Positions 62,143 through 64,000 of a stretch of DNA of 64,000 nt are shown here, piece after piece. A model generated the notes under the pieces. The model did no database searches, was not told the DNA's origin, and worked only from the letters and a program-made list of their open reading frames with translations. Positions within the stretch are counted from its first letter, which is position 1; each line of letters begins with the position of its first letter. This DNA comes from an uncultured Bdellovibrionales bacterium (GTDB lineage Bacteria > Patescibacteriota > Minisyncoccia > Moranbacterales > DUUL01), in contig CAYFUG010000004.1 of NCBI GenBank assembly GCA_964346295.1, forward strand, positions 532-64,531. The letters run 5' to 3'. Position numbers and translations under genes: made by a program.

Positions 62143-64000
62143 ATGGGTTTATTTAAAAAACACAAAAAAATAGCGAACTTTGAGATCGATAATCCCTTAG
62201 GCTACTCTCGCCGGAAGAGTGGCTTAGGGGAGGCGGAAGAGTCAGATAAGGATTCAGCCTCTCTTAATCGTGGGATAGCTTGGCTAATAATGGCCGGTTT
62301 TTTCGCATTGCTATTTGGCAGGGTTTTTTATCTGCAAATAATATCCGGGGAGCATTATAGGGAGATAGCTAGGGAAAATCGAATTCAATCCAAGGTGATT
62401 CCAGCCTTGAGGGGATTGATTAAGGATCAAGAGGGAGTGGCTTTAGTGCAAAATAAACCTGGATTTGATGCGGTAGTGATTCCGGCCTTACTCCCTAAGG
62501 AAGAAAAGGAATTAGAAAAAGGCATGGAGATATTTTCTCAAATGGTTGATATAAGCAAGGAAGAGTTGCGAGTTCAGGTTAAACAATATCGACCCTATGA
62601 TCAGAACATGCATTTAATTGAGGAAGGAATCTCAGAAGAGAAAGCCTTAGCAATTGCCGAAAAACAAGGGGAGTTTCCAGGGTTCGAAGTGGCGAACTTT
62701 GCTAAGCGCTATTATCCGCGAGGACCGGCTTATGCTCATATTTTGGGGTACGAAGGGAAAGTTAATCAGGAGGAGTTGGACTTAAATCCTGGCTATCTCT
62801 CAACTGATAATATCGGAAAGAGTGGCTTAGAGTATACTTATGAGCAATACTTAAAGGGAGAGCACGGAGAGTATCAATTCGAGGTAGATTCTCAGGGGCG
62901 TTTAAAAAAAGAATTAGGAGAGGATCCTCCAATTCCCGGGAGTGATCTAGTTTTGCATTTGGATAGTCAATTGCAAGAGATGATTTATCAAGAGTTATCC
63001 TTGGTAATGGAGGAAAATCCAGATGCTACTGGAGCCACGGCAATCGCAATCGACCCTCGGAATGGAGGAGTACGGGCACTGGTAAGTGTTCCTTCTTTTG
63101 ATAACAATCTTTTTTCTGGAGGAATAGGGCAGGAGGATTACAATAAGTTATTGCATAATCCTAACCGCCCACTCTTTAATCGGGCAGTGAGCGGAGAGTA
63201 TCCTCCGGGCTCCACTTTTAAGCCGGTGGTAGCCCTGGCAGCCTTAAATGAAGGTACTGTTAGCGAAAACCTCATTCTCCAATGCAAAGGAGGGATTAAA
63301 GTAGGAGAGTGGTATTTTCCAGATTGGAAAACCCATGGCCCGACCGATATCAAAAAGGCGATTGCTGAGAGTTGTAATGTATATTTTTATGCTATAGGAG
63401 GAGGTTGGGGAGATGTTCCAGCCTTGGGAGTTGATCGAATTAACAAATATGCCAAGGGGTATGGATTCGGAGAAATTTTAGGTATTGATTTGCCCGGAGA
63501 AAAGGGGGGGCTAGTGCCGAACGATGCTTGGAAGCAGCGTCGATTTGGGGAGAGTTGGTATGTGGGAGATAGTTATCATATTTCGATTGGCCAGGGTTAT
63601 TTTTTAGCCACTCCTCTTCAGGTGGCTAACATGACAGCAGCAGTGGCTAACGGGGGTACTTTATATCGACCTCAGTTAGTAGACAAGATAGTAAATGCGG
63701 AGACCAGACAGGAAAAACAGCTGTCCTCTGTGGTGTTGGGCAAGGAAATAGTTTCTCCGGAGGCAATGCGAACAGTGCGGGAGGGCATGAGAGACACCGT
63801 GATAACGAAACATGGAAGCGGATGGCCCCTTAAGGAGTTGAAAGTGACTAGTGCTGGGAAAACTGGGACGGCTCAATTTGGAAATGAAGATAAGACTCAC
63901 TCTTGGTATACTTCTTTTGCGCCTTATGAGAACCCGGAACTGGCGATGGTGGTGTTAGTTGAATCAGGAGGAGGAGCTTTTGATTGGGCGGTTCCAGTTA
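62143..64000 (+). CDS. mrdA: Penicillin-binding protein 2 (elongasome transpeptidase), 3' end off-window
   Basis: Not in the ORF track because no stop lies in the window. My own translation from ATG 62143 gives an N-terminal TM segment, GRVFYLQIISGEHY, PGSTFKP (SxxK), AESCN (SxN) and AGKTGTA (KTG). Confidence 0.92.
   Translation, partial: MGLFKKHKKIANFEIDNPLGYSRRKSGLGEAEESDKDSASLNRGIAWLIMAGFFALLFGRVFYLQIISGEHYREIARENRIQSKVIPALRGLIKDQEGVALVQNKPGFDAVVIPALLPKEEKELEKGMEIFSQMVDISKEELRVQVKQYRPYDQNMHLIEEGISEEKALAIAEKQGEFPGFEVANFAKRYYPRGPAYAHILGYEGKVNQEELDLNPGYLSTDNIGKSGLEYTYEQYLKGEHGEYQFEVDSQGRLKKELGEDPPIPGSDLVLHLDSQLQEMIYQELSLVMEENPDATGATAIAIDPRNGGVRALVSVPSFDNNLFSGGIGQEDYNKLLHNPNRPLFNRAVSGEYPPGSTFKPVVALAALNEGTVSENLILQCKGGIKVGEWYFPDWKTHGPTDIKKAIAESCNVYFYAIGGGWGDVPALGVDRINKYAKGYGFGEILGIDLPGEKGGLVPNDAWKQRRFGESWYVGDSYHISIGQGYFLATPLQVANMTAAVANGGTLYRPQLVDKIVNAETRQEKQLSSVVLGKEIVSPEAMRTVREGMRDTVITKHGSGWPLKELKVTSAGKTGTAQFGNEDKTHSWYTSFAPYENPELAMVVLVESGGGAFDWAVPV

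Overview
This is an AT-rich bacterial chromosome segment. Hand-counted 60-nt host lines give about 35% GC. It has the flavour of a reduced genome from an uncultivated lineage: many orphan proteins, host genes without Shine-Dalgarno sequences, and dense MITE-like repeats. A CPR/Patescibacteria-like origin is only an inference. All functional calls come from motif recognition in the translations; no searches were run.

Recognisable genes are gyrA, ispG, secD, mnmA, mreC, mreD, mrdA/PBP2 (runs off the 3' edge and is absent from the ORF track) and RNase P RNA. Also present are a TrmH-type methyltransferase, an SNF2 helicase, a ZIP transporter, a ChbG/YdjC deacetylase, a NuoF-like flavoprotein, a U32 peptidase, GT4 and GT39 glycosyltransferases and a nucleotide-sugar dehydrogenase. 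There are three DUF4143-type AAA+ ATPases and three TrmB-like regulators.

The stand-out signal is a three-member family of transcription modules at about 9046-12785, 28878-34204 and 59120-60707. Their non-coding parts copy the layout of an rRNA operon:
- near-identical consensus promoters, tandem P1/P2 in one case
- a conserved initial transcribed sequence
- Gram-positive-type boxA antiterminator motifs
- long RNase III-like hairpins
- leader/trailer complementarity

Instead of rRNA, these modules carry nine strongly GC-rich ORFs (about 62% GC in sampled lines) of unknown function. Every one of these ORFs has a canonical AGGAGG-type Shine-Dalgarno sequence, unlike the host genes. Two modules sit divergently next to TrmB-like regulators, and one interrupts the mreC-mreD pair.

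Secondary observations:
- 33-bp-period direct repeats in front of all three AAA+ ATPase genes
- a ~118-bp palindromic MITE family that supplies stop codons and C-termini to several genes
- in-frame repeat insertions in mnmA
- a parvulin-like insert in SecD
- a 28-bp perfect palindrome around an extended -10 element
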